Shown: piece by piece, positions 19,864-29,804 of the stretch
Position numbering within the stretch: the first letter of the stretch is position 1
How the letters are laid out: every line of letters begins with the position of its first letter
Assembly: GCA_048938105.1 (NCBI GenBank)
Contig: JBHLMN010000008.1
Coordinates: 96,001 to 160,000 of the forward strand
DNA length: 64,000 nucleotides
Source: Promethearchaeota archaeon
Lineage (GTDB): Archaea; Asgardarchaeota; Heimdallarchaeia; Hodarchaeales; Hodarchaeaceae
Direction of reading: 5' to 3'
The notes under the pieces: generated by a model
Told to the model about the DNA's origin: nothing
Seen by the model: the letters and a program-made list of their open reading frames with translations, nothing else
The model's database searches: none
Position numbers and translations under genes: made by a program

Positions 19864-19901
19864 GTATCACACGTATGACGTGTATGACAAAGCTATATAA
19901 A
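19864..19901 (-). promoter_or_regulatory. TATA box plus three 9-bp-periodic repeats (candidate operator)
   Basis: GTATCAC, GTATGAC and GTATGAC at 19864, 19873 and 19882, with an embedded ACACGT-atg-ACGTGT inverted repeat; minus-strand TTTATATA at 19894-19901. Confidence 0.55.
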
Positions 19902-19986
19902 TGCTTTGTTAAGGGTAAAGCCCTAAAAATAGCATTATTTTGAAAAAAATTTCAATTTTTTAACCAATAGTCGTTTCTTAGATTTT

Positions 19987-21375
19987 TTGGAGGTTATATT
20001 AATAATAGATCTAAATATAGTCAATGCTAAAATTTTCATTGAAGATGGTCTTGTCGATGCAAGCTTAGGTATTGACCAAGGGAAGATTGTTGTAATTGGT
20101 AGAGAGAGTGTTCTTCCTAAAGCGCAACAAACAATCAATGCGTCAGATAAAATCGTTATTCCAGGTAGTATTGATGTTCACACTCATATTTTAGATTTAA
20201 TCTTTGATTATAGGGAAACATTCGTAACAGGAACTAAATCTGCTGCTGCTGGAGGAATTACGACTATTTTAGAGATGCCTCTCGGCATCGAGGGAAAAAC
20301 TGTTCTTGAAGTATTTGATATGCAATTAGATGTCATGAGGAAGAAATGTTTAATAGATTTTGGGTTAATAGGATCAGCTGGATATTCAACTATAGATACC
20401 ATTGCTGAGTCGGCCCAGAAAGGGGCGATTGCTTTTAAAACATTTATGATTAACCCCTCTGAAGAAGAAGCTGAACTTAAGGATCTTGCTGCTAAAGATG
20501 ATTATTTTTTACTGAAAATATTTTCCGAGATTGCGAAAACTGGACTTGTTAGTAGTGTTCATGCAGAAAATGATGTTATAATAAGTAATGAAATCAAGAC
20601 ATTAATTTCACTAGGAAAAATAGACTTTAATGCACATACAGCGTCCCGACCCGCCATTTCTGAAGATGAAGCCTGTATGAGGGCGATATTACTGGCACAT
20701 CATGCAAATGTAAAACTTAATCTTGTCCATATGAGTTCTAAAAATTCTTTTGAGTATATAAGAAGAGCAAAACAGAACGATTGGGATATAAGTTGTGAAA
20801 TAACACCTCACCATTTATTTTTGACTTCTGAAGATGGTGAGAAAATTGGGCCTTGGGCCAAAGTTGACCCACCTTTACGATCAAGAGACCATGTAATCGC
20901 TGCATGGAGGGCTCTGAACGATGGGACAATTGATATGATCGCTTCCGACCATTCCCCTTATTCCGATGATGAAAAAGATGTGAATCAAAAGAACAACAAC
21001 TATTTTGAGGTTGGATCAGGAACAACTGGCTTGCAAACACTTCTTCCTTTAATGCTTGATGCAGTAAATAAGAAGAAGACAACTTTACGAAGACTCGTTG
21101 AATCTACATCGACTACCCCTGCAAAAAGATTTGGGATATATCCCAGAAAGGGAACTATTACGTTAGGTGCTGATGCTGATCTCGTTATTATCAATATGCA
21201 AAAGGAATACACATTAAAAAGTGAAAATTTATTCACTAAACCTAAAATAACAATATTTGAAGGGATGAAGTTAAAAGGATCGATTGAGAAAACATTCGTG
21301 AGGGGGAATTTAGTGTACGACACAGGAACCTTTCATGTAGAACAAGGAAATGGAGAGTTTATCACTCCACTGTGA
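19987..21375 (+). CDS. Cyclic amidohydrolase (allantoinase/dihydroorotase family); start possibly ATA 20002
   Basis: PG.IDVHTH, AAAGGITT..EMP, FKTF, VHAE, CEITPHHL, K.DPPLR, ASDHSP and GADAD. Confidence 0.9.
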   Translation: MEVILIIDLNIVNAKIFIEDGLVDASLGIDQGKIVVIGRESVLPKAQQTINASDKIVIPGSIDVHTHILDLIFDYRETFVTGTKSAAAGGITTILEMPLGIEGKTVLEVFDMQLDVMRKKCLIDFGLIGSAGYSTIDTIAESAQKGAIAFKTFMINPSEEEAELKDLAAKDDYFLLKIFSEIAKTGLVSSVHAENDVIISNEIKTLISLGKIDFNAHTASRPAISEDEACMRAILLAHHANVKLNLVHMSSKNSFEYIRRAKQNDWDISCEITPHHLFLTSEDGEKIGPWAKVDPPLRSRDHVIAAWRALNDGTIDMIASDHSPYSDDEKDVNQKNNNYFEVGSGTTGLQTLLPLMLDAVNKKKTTLRRLVESTSTTPAKRFGIYPRKGTITLGADADLVIINMQKEYTLKSENLFTKPKITIFEGMKLKGSIEKTFVRGNLVYDTGTFHVEQGNGEFITPL

Positions 21376-21381
21376 TTTCTC

Positions 21382-22233
21382 TCATTTTAGAAGTTCTATA
21401 AATCCATGTTTTAATACCGCTTCTCCATTTTCATTTTTAGTTTCAAAACCAATGGTCTTACTCGTCTCACCTTCCTCCAGCAGCCAACCTTCGGTAGTAA
21501 GCGTACTCTCCATAAGAACAGGCTTTGAAAACCTTGTTTTTATTTGCTTGACCTTTGTAGGATCTCCTTCTGCAAGTTCATCAACAATTGCCTGTGTTGC
21601 GAATGCTAATGTACATAATCCATGAAGAATGATATCAGGTAATCCAACAGCTTTGGCGATATCCCTATCTACATGAATAGGATTGTTATCTCCAGAAGCG
21701 GCAGCATAGCGAACCGATTGATCAGAAGCGACTTTCATCTTTTTTGTAATAATTATCTTCCTTTCAAGCTCTTCCTTTCTCTTCGAACTGACTCCTTTTC
21801 TCGGTTTCCTGAAAAACATTCCAGCTCGCATTTCAAAGACAAGCTCTTCTCCCGCGTAACCTAAATTTTTAGCCCACAATATGTCTCCTGATTCTTTAAC
21901 ATCGATAGATTCTAATTCAACTTTTATTTTAATCTTGTCCCATAGTCTTAAAGGTCGGTGGTACAAGATTTCATGCTCGCCATGAACCATTCGGAAAATA
22001 TCTAGGTTTAAAGTTTCATCCGCGACAATCTGTTTCATTGGATCAACTAACATTGTCACTGGGAAAAGAGGTGGAATAGCTAGTTTATCCTCTTCCGATT
22101 CATAATATCGCGGATTTTTCTCATTTGTTGCTTTGGCATAAGCCATCGTTCTTTCTGGGTCAACAGTTTCTATTCCTCCCTCGTATTTTTTACCAACAAT
22201 ATTAGGATTAAGACCACTTTCTAAAAGTCCCAA
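21382..22233 (-). CDS. MaoC-like double hot-dog dehydratase (hydratase 2 type)
   Basis: VHGEH, YAAASGDNNPIH.D, ILHGLCT and RFSKPV. An AGGTGA RBS places the start at TTG 22233. Confidence 0.88.
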   Translation of the reverse strand: MGLLESGLNPNIVGKKYEGGIETVDPERTMAYAKATNEKNPRYYESEEDKLAIPPLFPVTMLVDPMKQIVADETLNLDIFRMVHGEHEILYHRPLRLWDKIKIKVELESIDVKESGDILWAKNLGYAGEELVFEMRAGMFFRKPRKGVSSKRKEELERKIIITKKMKVASDQSVRYAAASGDNNPIHVDRDIAKAVGLPDIILHGLCTLAFATQAIVDELAEGDPTKVKQIKTRFSKPVLMESTLTTEGWLLEEGETSKTIGFETKNENGEAVLKHGFIELLK

Positions 22234-22322
22234 AATTTTTTCACCTAAACATTTTTTCAACGATTTTTAGAAATAGAATTAAAAAGTACTCGAACAAAAA
22301 TATCTATTCTTGGTGGTTAATA

Positions 22323-23762
22323 TTGTCAGAGAAGATTTTAGAATGGTTAGAAAAGAATCGAGAAAGGTTTATCAAGATCAGTAATGAAATTTGGGGTTAT
22401 GCTGAGTTAGGATTATTTGAGAAAAAGTCGTCAAAATTGTTAGCCGATACTCTTGCAGGTGTTGGCTTTACAATAAAGATGGGTGTGGCAGATATGCCCA
22501 CGGCGTTTGTGGCAAGCTATGGAACAGAGGATCCAATTATTGCCATACTGGGGGAATATGATGCGTTACCAGGACTTAGTCAAGCAGCTGAGCCAGTAAA
22601 AAAGCCCATCAAAGAAGGTGCACCTGGTCATGGATGCGGTCACAACCTATTTGGTACAGCTTGTTTGGCAGCTTGTTTAGCTGTCAAAGAGGCAATAGAA
22701 TCAGGAGAAGTGAAGGGTACTATTCGATTTTATGGTACCCCTGCGGAAGAGAATGCAGATGGCAAAGGATGGATGATTAAAGCAGGTGTTTTTGATGATG
22801 TCCATGTTTCTTTGACCTGGCACCCTTGGGACATCTGCTTTGTCATGGCGAACAATTTTCAGGCGATGTATAATGTTGTTTTCCAGTTTCAAGGACAAGC
22901 TGCCCATGCTGCGGGAGATCCACATAATGGCCGATCCGCTCTTGATGCTGTAGAACTAATGAATGTGGGGTGCAATTATCTTAGAGAACATATGATCCCT
23001 GATGCTAGAGTTCATTATGTAATAACCAAGGGTGGTCAAGCTCCCAATATTGTCCCTGATGAGGCTGAAGTTTGGTATTTTGTACGCGGTCCTCGACTTG
23101 AGGATGTTAAAGCCCTGTATCCTAGAGTGGTTAAGGTTGCTGAAGGAGCAGCTTTAATGACTGAAACAGAAGTTGATGTAGTTTTTCTGGGTGGTTCAGC
23201 CAATCTTTTACCCAACGAAACATTAGAAGAATTATTGCATGAAAAGATGGAAGAAATTGGTGCTCCACAGTTTACAGAGGAAGAGTTTGAATTTGCGCGT
23301 CAAATTCGGAAAACGTTCCCCAAAAACTATTTTGACAACAGCTTAGCAGTCCTTCCTCAAGATGCCAGACCCTATTTGGAAAAATTTAGGGATAAAGAGT
23401 TTTTTGATTCGGTAAGTCCTATCTTTGGTAGAGGTATTACTTTAGGTGGATCTACTGATGTAGGAGATGTATCCTGGATTACTCCATTGGCTCAATTTGC
23501 AACTGCATGCGCAACTATTGGAACTCCAGGTCATTCTTGGCAAGAAGTTGCCCAAGCAGGCATGAGTATCGGTCACAAAGGGATGATTTATGCTGCAAAA
23601 ATACTTAGCCTTGCGACAATTGAATTGATGCAGAGACCAGGATTGGTAGAAAAAGCGCGCATAGAGTTTGAAGAGAAGATCAAAAAAACACCATTTGAAA
23701 GTCCCTTATCTGCTGATGCGAAACCTCCTATTGAGTATTATAGAAATTTGTATAAACAATGA
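22323..23762 (+). CDS. M20 amidohydrolase, AbgB-like
   Basis: GEYDALPGLSQ, GHGCGHN, GTPAEE, GRSALDAVELMN.G, GSTDVGDVSW and HSWQ. Confidence 0.9.
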   Translation: MSEKILEWLEKNRERFIKISNEIWGYAELGLFEKKSSKLLADTLAGVGFTIKMGVADMPTAFVASYGTEDPIIAILGEYDALPGLSQAAEPVKKPIKEGAPGHGCGHNLFGTACLAACLAVKEAIESGEVKGTIRFYGTPAEENADGKGWMIKAGVFDDVHVSLTWHPWDICFVMANNFQAMYNVVFQFQGQAAHAAGDPHNGRSALDAVELMNVGCNYLREHMIPDARVHYVITKGGQAPNIVPDEAEVWYFVRGPRLEDVKALYPRVVKVAEGAALMTETEVDVVFLGGSANLLPNETLEELLHEKMEEIGAPQFTEEEFEFARQIRKTFPKNYFDNSLAVLPQDARPYLEKFRDKEFFDSVSPIFGRGITLGGSTDVGDVSWITPLAQFATACATIGTPGHSWQEVAQAGMSIGHKGMIYAAKILSLATIELMQRPGLVEKARIEFEEKIKKTPFESPLSADAKPPIEYYRNLYKQ

Positions 23763-23955
23763 ATGGTGAATATTCTTTTTGAGTGAAAGCTCTTAATTGC
23801 TTCATTAATTAGAATGTGGTTCTATTAGCAAGTTTCAGTTTAGATATTAAAGAGCTCCAAATTGACGTTGAAAAAAAGGAGAAACTGAATTATTTCAATC
23901 AAGTTACCAATTTAAAATTTATCCATTATTCTAACAATATAAGGTAGGATTATTT

Positions 23956-24564
23956 ATGATTTCAAGTGATTATCTCAAACCAACGTTTTTTATTGACTCT
24001 GAATCGGATGTTGTCGTGAATTTAGCCCAGAAACTCAGATCGGAGCACAAAGAGAAGGTTGACCTAGCTATAGCGACATTCAATTATGTACGGGACAATA
24101 TCAAATATACAATTGATGTCACTCGGTATGAAACTCCAGAAGATATGAAAGCGAGTGCAACGATCAAAAAAGAGTTTGGATTTTGTATTCCTAAATCCGT
24201 GGCATTGGTCGCTCTTTTACGGGCAAATAATATTCCTGCTCGACTTCATTTCGCGGATATTATAAATCATAGAATCCCCCCCCATATCCTAGAGCTCCTA
24301 AAAACTAATGTGATGATATTTCATGGATATGCAGAAGTTCATCTGGGAAAATGGATAAAACTTACACCCTCATTTGAAACCTCTCTTTGTGAACGGCATA
24401 ACTTTCCAGTGTGCACATTTAATGGAGTAGACGATGCGACCTTTAAATCCTATGATAATGCTGGTAACATATTTGTAGAATATATCAATGATAGAGGAAC
24501 CTATGCTGATCTCCCTTACGATGAGATATTCAAAACATTCGCAGAATATTATGAATATCCATAA
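23956..24564 (+). CDS. Transglutaminase-like family protein
   Basis: FNYVRDNI.Y, GFCIPKS..LVALLRA..IPAR and HGYAEV..W.KLTP. Confidence 0.85.
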   Translation: MISSDYLKPTFFIDSESDVVVNLAQKLRSEHKEKVDLAIATFNYVRDNIKYTIDVTRYETPEDMKASATIKKEFGFCIPKSVALVALLRANNIPARLHFADIINHRIPPHILELLKTNVMIFHGYAEVHLGKWIKLTPSFETSLCERHNFPVCTFNGVDDATFKSYDNAGNIFVEYINDRGTYADLPYDEIFKTFAEYYEYP

Positions 24565-24800
24565 AACTGGTCTTAACTTCAAAATCATTTCATAAGGTTT
24601 TTTTTGATAAACAAAAAAGGCATGATTTCTCTTCATTTCTTAAGAGTTTGAATTCCTTAATAAATATCAACAATCCTTTTTCCTTAAATGAAGAAAAAAT
24701 CATCATTATCTTTTAGCAAAGCTTAAATAGAACCCTATCCAAAATTACTAAATTCTAAGATGCAAATTTTGGAAGAAAACTTAATGATTCAATTCGAGAG

Positions 24801-27683
24801 ATGGAATTCATGAGACACAAAAAATTACAATTTATTTTTGCTATAATGCTTTTAATAGTAATCTTTCAAGGTAATAGTCAGGAACTTAAGTCTGGACTCG
24901 AAGAGGAAATTAACATTCAAAACAGAAGTTGTCTAGAGCATACCCCCCTTAGTTATGAATCTCATAAGGATGGGAGAAATCAACAAAAGGAAGATAATAT
25001 CAAGCAGCAAACCACCGATGGGATTCAAAGGGGGATTGTAGATCTATGTTTTCCAACATTCTCACAGCCCTCAACTAAAATATCCTCTATCTCAAGCGTT
25101 GTATCATATGTTAGCCATAATACCATTTATATAGATGATAACACAGATTTTGGCCCCTTAGGATATAACTTTACTGGTACTGGAACTTATCATGACCCGT
25201 ATAGAATCCATGGTTACGATATTACAAACTCTAGTGTAACTTTAATATATATTCGTGATACTACCGTGTATTTTAGAATTTATGACAACCACTTAAACGC
25301 TATTACAAGAGTCAATAATGGAATTGTATTTCACAACGTTACACGGGGCACTATTTATAACAACACCATTCATAATTGTTTTTGGGGTAGTAGGATTGAA
25401 ATTTCCAAGAATAACAGTATTTATGGCAATTATTTTTATGATAATTCCTTAGATGGTTTTTGTATTTATCTATCTTCAAATAACAATATTTCTAGTAATA
25501 TTGTTTATCAGAATGACAGGAATGGAATTCAAGTTGAGACATCCTGTGAGAAACTCACCATTTTCAACAATACTGTATTCAATAATAACAACACTGGAAT
25601 TCATATTGATTCCTCTGATAATAACACAATAATTCTGAATTTTGCTTACGATAATGGCCAGAGTGGCATTCAACTATCTGCTTCTACGTCTTCAGCTCGT
25701 AATAATACTATTTCGGGTAATACATTATTTAGCAATTCTCAAAGAGGATTTACTTCTGTTAATTGTCCCAATAATACCATATCTGATAATTTCATGTATA
25801 ACAACACTTGGCAAGGTATTGGGATATTCTCCGCCTCCCATAGTAATAAAATTGTTAACAATACCGTTTTCTCCCACAATGGGAGTGGAATCTTTGTTAT
25901 CCAATCCAACAATGTCAAAATCTTTAATAATACCGCGTTTAATAATGGGTACAATGCATATCTTAACACAAGTAACATGGCTTCTGGTATCTCCCTTTAT
26001 ATGTTATCAGATGCATTGGTATTTAATAATACATCATACGATTCTTATGATATTGGTTTTGGTGTATGGAATGTGCAAAATACAATACTCTTAAACAACA
26101 TCGTACATGGTAACATAGATGATGGGATTGAAGTATCTGACACTTCATTTAATATTACAATTTCAAACAACACTATCTTTAATAATAACGATAATGGAAT
26201 ATACGTGCTAAACTCTCACAATAACAGTATCACTAAAAATAACGTTAATTCTAACAGTCAGGATGGGATTTTTTTTGAAGATTCAAATTATAATACCATA
26301 TATGATAATGATATATTTTGTAATGGGAACTCCAGCGTCTGTCCCTCAGTATTCGGATCTAACCAGTTAAGGATGTCGATTCAGCGAATCGCTGGAGGGG
26401 GTAACGGGATATTCTTGGATCCATCGAATTATAATAACATTTCTCATAATAGGATTTTCAATAACTCTCAAGATGGCATTGGATTGGAAAATTCTGGTCA
26501 TAATATTATCGAACTCAATGATATTTATGGTAATGGTGCTAAGTATGGAGGGGCACCCCAAAGTATTTCTGACATTTCTTATTCGATTCAGCGAATCGCT
26601 GGAGGGGGTAACGGGATATTCCTGGATCCGTCAAATTACAATACGATTTCCAACAATGAGATTCACAATAACTCTGGGGATGGAATCCGAATCGAGAACT
26701 CCAGTTATAATCTCATTTGGGGTAATATCATTTATAACAATGGAGGCACCAATGGAGGCTCTCCTCGGGGTATTTCTGATATTCGATTTTCTTTTCAGCG
26801 AGTTGCTGGAGGAGGTAATGGGATTTTCTTGGATCCTTGCTATTATCATGAGATATCCAATAATACGATTTTCAATAACAGGAATAACGGTATTTATCTT
26901 TTTGAATCATATGATATCTCCATTTATGCTAATATAGTATTTTATAACGGTTTATATGGAATTTTTATCGACACTGGTTCTTTAGAGAATACTGTGAGTT
27001 GGAATGATTTCATTGGTAACAATTTAGAAGGCACTTCCCAAGCTTATTATGAATCCAGCAATACATTCATCTATAACTATTGGGATGAGTGGACAAGTCC
27101 AGATGTGGAACCCAAGGATGGTTATGTCGATAATCCCTATCCTATTGACGGGGAACTTGATAATTACGACCCATATCCAGCAGCTTCTCCTCAAAATTCC
27201 AGAACACTAGATATTCATTTTATTTCCAGACCAAGAATATACTATCCAAATGGGGGTGAGACAGTCGATGGTACTATCACTGTTGAATGGTCAAAAGCTA
27301 TTGATTCTTGGGACCACTCTCTTTCCTATACACTTTATTACAGCGCGAATGGTGGAGACACATGGAATTGGATAGCTGAAGGGTTGTCCACTCTCCGTCA
27401 TGACTGGAATACCGAAGAAGTGAGTGATGGATCCAATTATCTAATCAAAATAGTTGCGATCTGTGATAAAGGCTTAGAAGTGGAAGATGTGTCTGACGCG
27501 TCATTTACCATTCAAAACGGACCTCCACCAACAACTACAACTTCAACTACTAAATCCACTAAATCAACAGGAGAAACTACAACTCCCACTGTAACTTCAG
27601 GTCCTAGTTGGATTCTTCTTTTCTCCTCTGTTGTCATAGTTGTGGCAATTGAACGGAGAAAAAAACGCAAATCTGGCAAATAA
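24801..27683 (+). CDS. Surface protein with right-handed parallel beta-helix (NosD) repeats and a C-terminal Thr-rich linker plus sortase-like anchor
   Basis: Signal peptide, many GI.l..s.NN.I..N repeats, NYWD..DGYVDNPY.IDG, YPNGGE, and TTTT..PSW-TM-RRKKRK. Confidence 0.88.
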   Translation: MEFMRHKKLQFIFAIMLLIVIFQGNSQELKSGLEEEINIQNRSCLEHTPLSYESHKDGRNQQKEDNIKQQTTDGIQRGIVDLCFPTFSQPSTKISSISSVVSYVSHNTIYIDDNTDFGPLGYNFTGTGTYHDPYRIHGYDITNSSVTLIYIRDTTVYFRIYDNHLNAITRVNNGIVFHNVTRGTIYNNTIHNCFWGSRIEISKNNSIYGNYFYDNSLDGFCIYLSSNNNISSNIVYQNDRNGIQVETSCEKLTIFNNTVFNNNNTGIHIDSSDNNTIILNFAYDNGQSGIQLSASTSSARNNTISGNTLFSNSQRGFTSVNCPNNTISDNFMYNNTWQGIGIFSASHSNKIVNNTVFSHNGSGIFVIQSNNVKIFNNTAFNNGYNAYLNTSNMASGISLYMLSDALVFNNTSYDSYDIGFGVWNVQNTILLNNIVHGNIDDGIEVSDTSFNITISNNTIFNNNDNGIYVLNSHNNSITKNNVNSNSQDGIFFEDSNYNTIYDNDIFCNGNSSVCPSVFGSNQLRMSIQRIAGGGNGIFLDPSNYNNISHNRIFNNSQDGIGLENSGHNIIELNDIYGNGAKYGGAPQSISDISYSIQRIAGGGNGIFLDPSNYNTISNNEIHNNSGDGIRIENSSYNLIWGNIIYNNGGTNGGSPRGISDIRFSFQRVAGGGNGIFLDPCYYHEISNNTIFNNRNNGIYLFESYDISIYANIVFYNGLYGIFIDTGSLENTVSWNDFIGNNLEGTSQAYYESSNTFIYNYWDEWTSPDVEPKDGYVDNPYPIDGELDNYDPYPAASPQNSRTLDIHFISRPRIYYPNGGETVDGTITVEWSKAIDSWDHSLSYTLYYSANGGDTWNWIAEGLSTLRHDWNTEEVSDGSNYLIKIVAICDKGLEVEDVSDASFTIQNGPPPTTTTSTTKSTKSTGETTTPTVTSGPSWILLFSSVVIVVAIERRKKRKSGK
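26376..26837 (+). repeat. Three intragenic copies of a roughly 50-bp unit encoding QR(I/V)AGGGNGIFLDP
   Basis: tcgattcagcgaatcgctggagggggtaacgggatattc is identical near 26376 and 26584; a diverged third copy lies near 26794. Confidence 0.85.
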
Positions 27684-27799
27684 CCTTCTCTTCTCTTATT
27701 TTTTAAGATTTTTTTTTCGTCTTGAATTTCTAAATATGTTTAAAAGCTAATTAAGAACTTTTAATCCAAACATTCTGAAATATATGGAGTATTTTAGTT

Positions 27800-29674
27800 T
27801 TGCCTAGTCATGACCCTGCTCAATCCCCTCGTGATGCAACCACGTTAAATGAATCAGAATTTGACATCCCCCAGCTCAAACGAGTAAAGTATCTCATCCA
27901 TAGAGGTAAACTCGATGGAGCCCTGAAAGAACTGATAGAACTAGAAAGAATGAATAAATTCAAGGGTACTGATAAAATAAAAATCCAAATCCATAAAAGT
28001 TTGATTTTCACTCAAATGGGTGATGCGCAGGGTGGATTAAGACTTGCTGATCAAGTAGTTGAAGAAAGCCAGCAGATTGGCGTCATGTCTATTTTATTTG
28101 ATGCCATTAATGCTAGAGCATCTGCATTGTTTGAGTTAGGGGAATTTAATAAGTGTCTTGATGTAATCAAGAGTAGTGAAAAAATCCTAGAGACTTGTAA
28201 GGCTGCAGGTCTTCCAGGATATGAAATAAGAGAATCAAAGTTAAAATTCCTCAAAGGGAAAATCTATCGGAAGAAAGGTGAGTTAGGTACTGCTTTAAAT
28301 TACTTACAAGAATCATTTTCTTTCGTAAATAAATACGGAAACCAATATGAAAAAGCTGATCTTCTGAATGCAATTGGAATAGTTTATGCTTCAAGAAGTG
28401 AAAATGATTCTGCACTAGAGTACTTAGTGAAAAGCTTAACTTTATTCAATGAACTTGAAAATAAGTCTCAAGTTACAAAATTAACAAATAATATTGGTAT
28501 GCTTTATTGGTTAAAGGGTGAACTTGATCAAGCATTGGAATATTTCCAGCAAAGCCTAGTATTAAGCGAAGAAAGCGGAAATAAACGCTATATTGCCTCT
28601 TTACTCTTAAATATTGGCCTTATTTACCGTCATAAGGGAGAACTAAACTCTGCTTTGTCTAATTTTAAAAAAGGATTGGAAATTTATAGAGAATTGAAGA
28701 GTAAAAGTGAATTGACAACTTTTTACAATAATATAGGGCTTATTCTCATGATGCGGGGAGAGTTAGAGGAAGCTTCGGAATATTTTCAGAAAGGTTTCGA
28801 AATCTCAAAAGAACTTGAAGATAAGCAAGAATTGGCTACTTGCCTAAATAATATAGGAAATATTCACCAAGTCAAAGGGGATATGAAAAAGGCAATATTG
28901 CGTTATAAAGAAAGTTTATCATTGTATGAGGAGATTGGTAGTAACATCAATACTTGTAGAATGCTTTATCTTTTAATATTGTCTCTCGTAATTGAAGGGT
29001 CAATGAAAGAAGCGGATCTTTATTTAAAGAAGTTGCAAAAAATAAATGAAAAAGAAGATAATAAAATTATAAGTCAAGCATATCGTTTAGGTAAGGCTAT
29101 ATTGTTAAGAGCAAGTGATAGGATCATCACAAGAGCAGAAGCTCAAAACTTATTCTTTGAAATCACTCAAGAAGAAATTGTAAATTTTGAGTTTTCTTTT
29201 TACTCAGTTATATCTCTTTGTGATTTACTTCTATTGGAACTAAGAATTACCGGTAATGAAGAAGTCCTACAAGAAATTAAAACGATATTGACCCAGTTCC
29301 TGGAAATTGCGGAAAAACAACATACTTATTATTGGCTTATTCAAATCTACTGGATACAATCTAAATTAGCACTCTTAGAGCTTGATATCGAACGATCTCA
29401 ACGATTATTGATTCAGGCTAAAACACTGTCAGAGGAAAAAGGTTTACAGATGTTAACAACACAAATCTCTAGTGAATATGAAGCGTTGATTACTCAAATA
29501 GGTAAATGGGAAGAAATTTTTGATAAAGAGCCTTCAATGAACGAAATCATTGAACTAACTCAGCTGGAAGATTTACTTGAGCGAATGATCCACAGTAGAA
29601 TATATCGTAGAGAAGCAGAAGTAATGGCATATGCAGAAAAAGCCAAGGTATTAATTCAGAAGTGGGAAGGATAA
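27800..29674 (+). CDS. Tetratricopeptide-repeat protein (MalT-like TPR)
   Basis: Repeated 'NNIG..Y..KGE...AL.YF..SL' units with about 40-aa periodicity. Confidence 0.88.
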   Translation: MPSHDPAQSPRDATTLNESEFDIPQLKRVKYLIHRGKLDGALKELIELERMNKFKGTDKIKIQIHKSLIFTQMGDAQGGLRLADQVVEESQQIGVMSILFDAINARASALFELGEFNKCLDVIKSSEKILETCKAAGLPGYEIRESKLKFLKGKIYRKKGELGTALNYLQESFSFVNKYGNQYEKADLLNAIGIVYASRSENDSALEYLVKSLTLFNELENKSQVTKLTNNIGMLYWLKGELDQALEYFQQSLVLSEESGNKRYIASLLLNIGLIYRHKGELNSALSNFKKGLEIYRELKSKSELTTFYNNIGLILMMRGELEEASEYFQKGFEISKELEDKQELATCLNNIGNIHQVKGDMKKAILRYKESLSLYEEIGSNINTCRMLYLLILSLVIEGSMKEADLYLKKLQKINEKEDNKIISQAYRLGKAILLRASDRIITRAEAQNLFFEITQEEIVNFEFSFYSVISLCDLLLLELRITGNEEVLQEIKTILTQFLEIAEKQHTYYWLIQIYWIQSKLALLELDIERSQRLLIQAKTLSEEKGLQMLTTQISSEYEALITQIGKWEEIFDKEPSMNEIIELTQLEDLLERMIHSRIYRREAEVMAYAEKAKVLIQKWEG

Positions 29675-29804
29675 AAGAAAGAGATGTGAGAATAAATTCA
29701 TTGTTTGTACAAGAGAAATAATTTTTAAGAATCTCAATTATTTTTATAATGATTAGAGGTCTAAATTCTCACACTACCTTAAAAAGGTTAAAGGAAATCA
29801 TTAA

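Noticed and set aside
26376-26837. Spaced repeats as a CRISPR array
   Set aside because: The repeats are in-frame protein repeats with about 207-bp period, and there are no cas genes.
25476-26937. Several alternative-frame and antisense ORFs inside the NosD gene, and similar short ORFs inside other long genes
   Set aside because: They are by-products of biased codon usage within well-supported genes.
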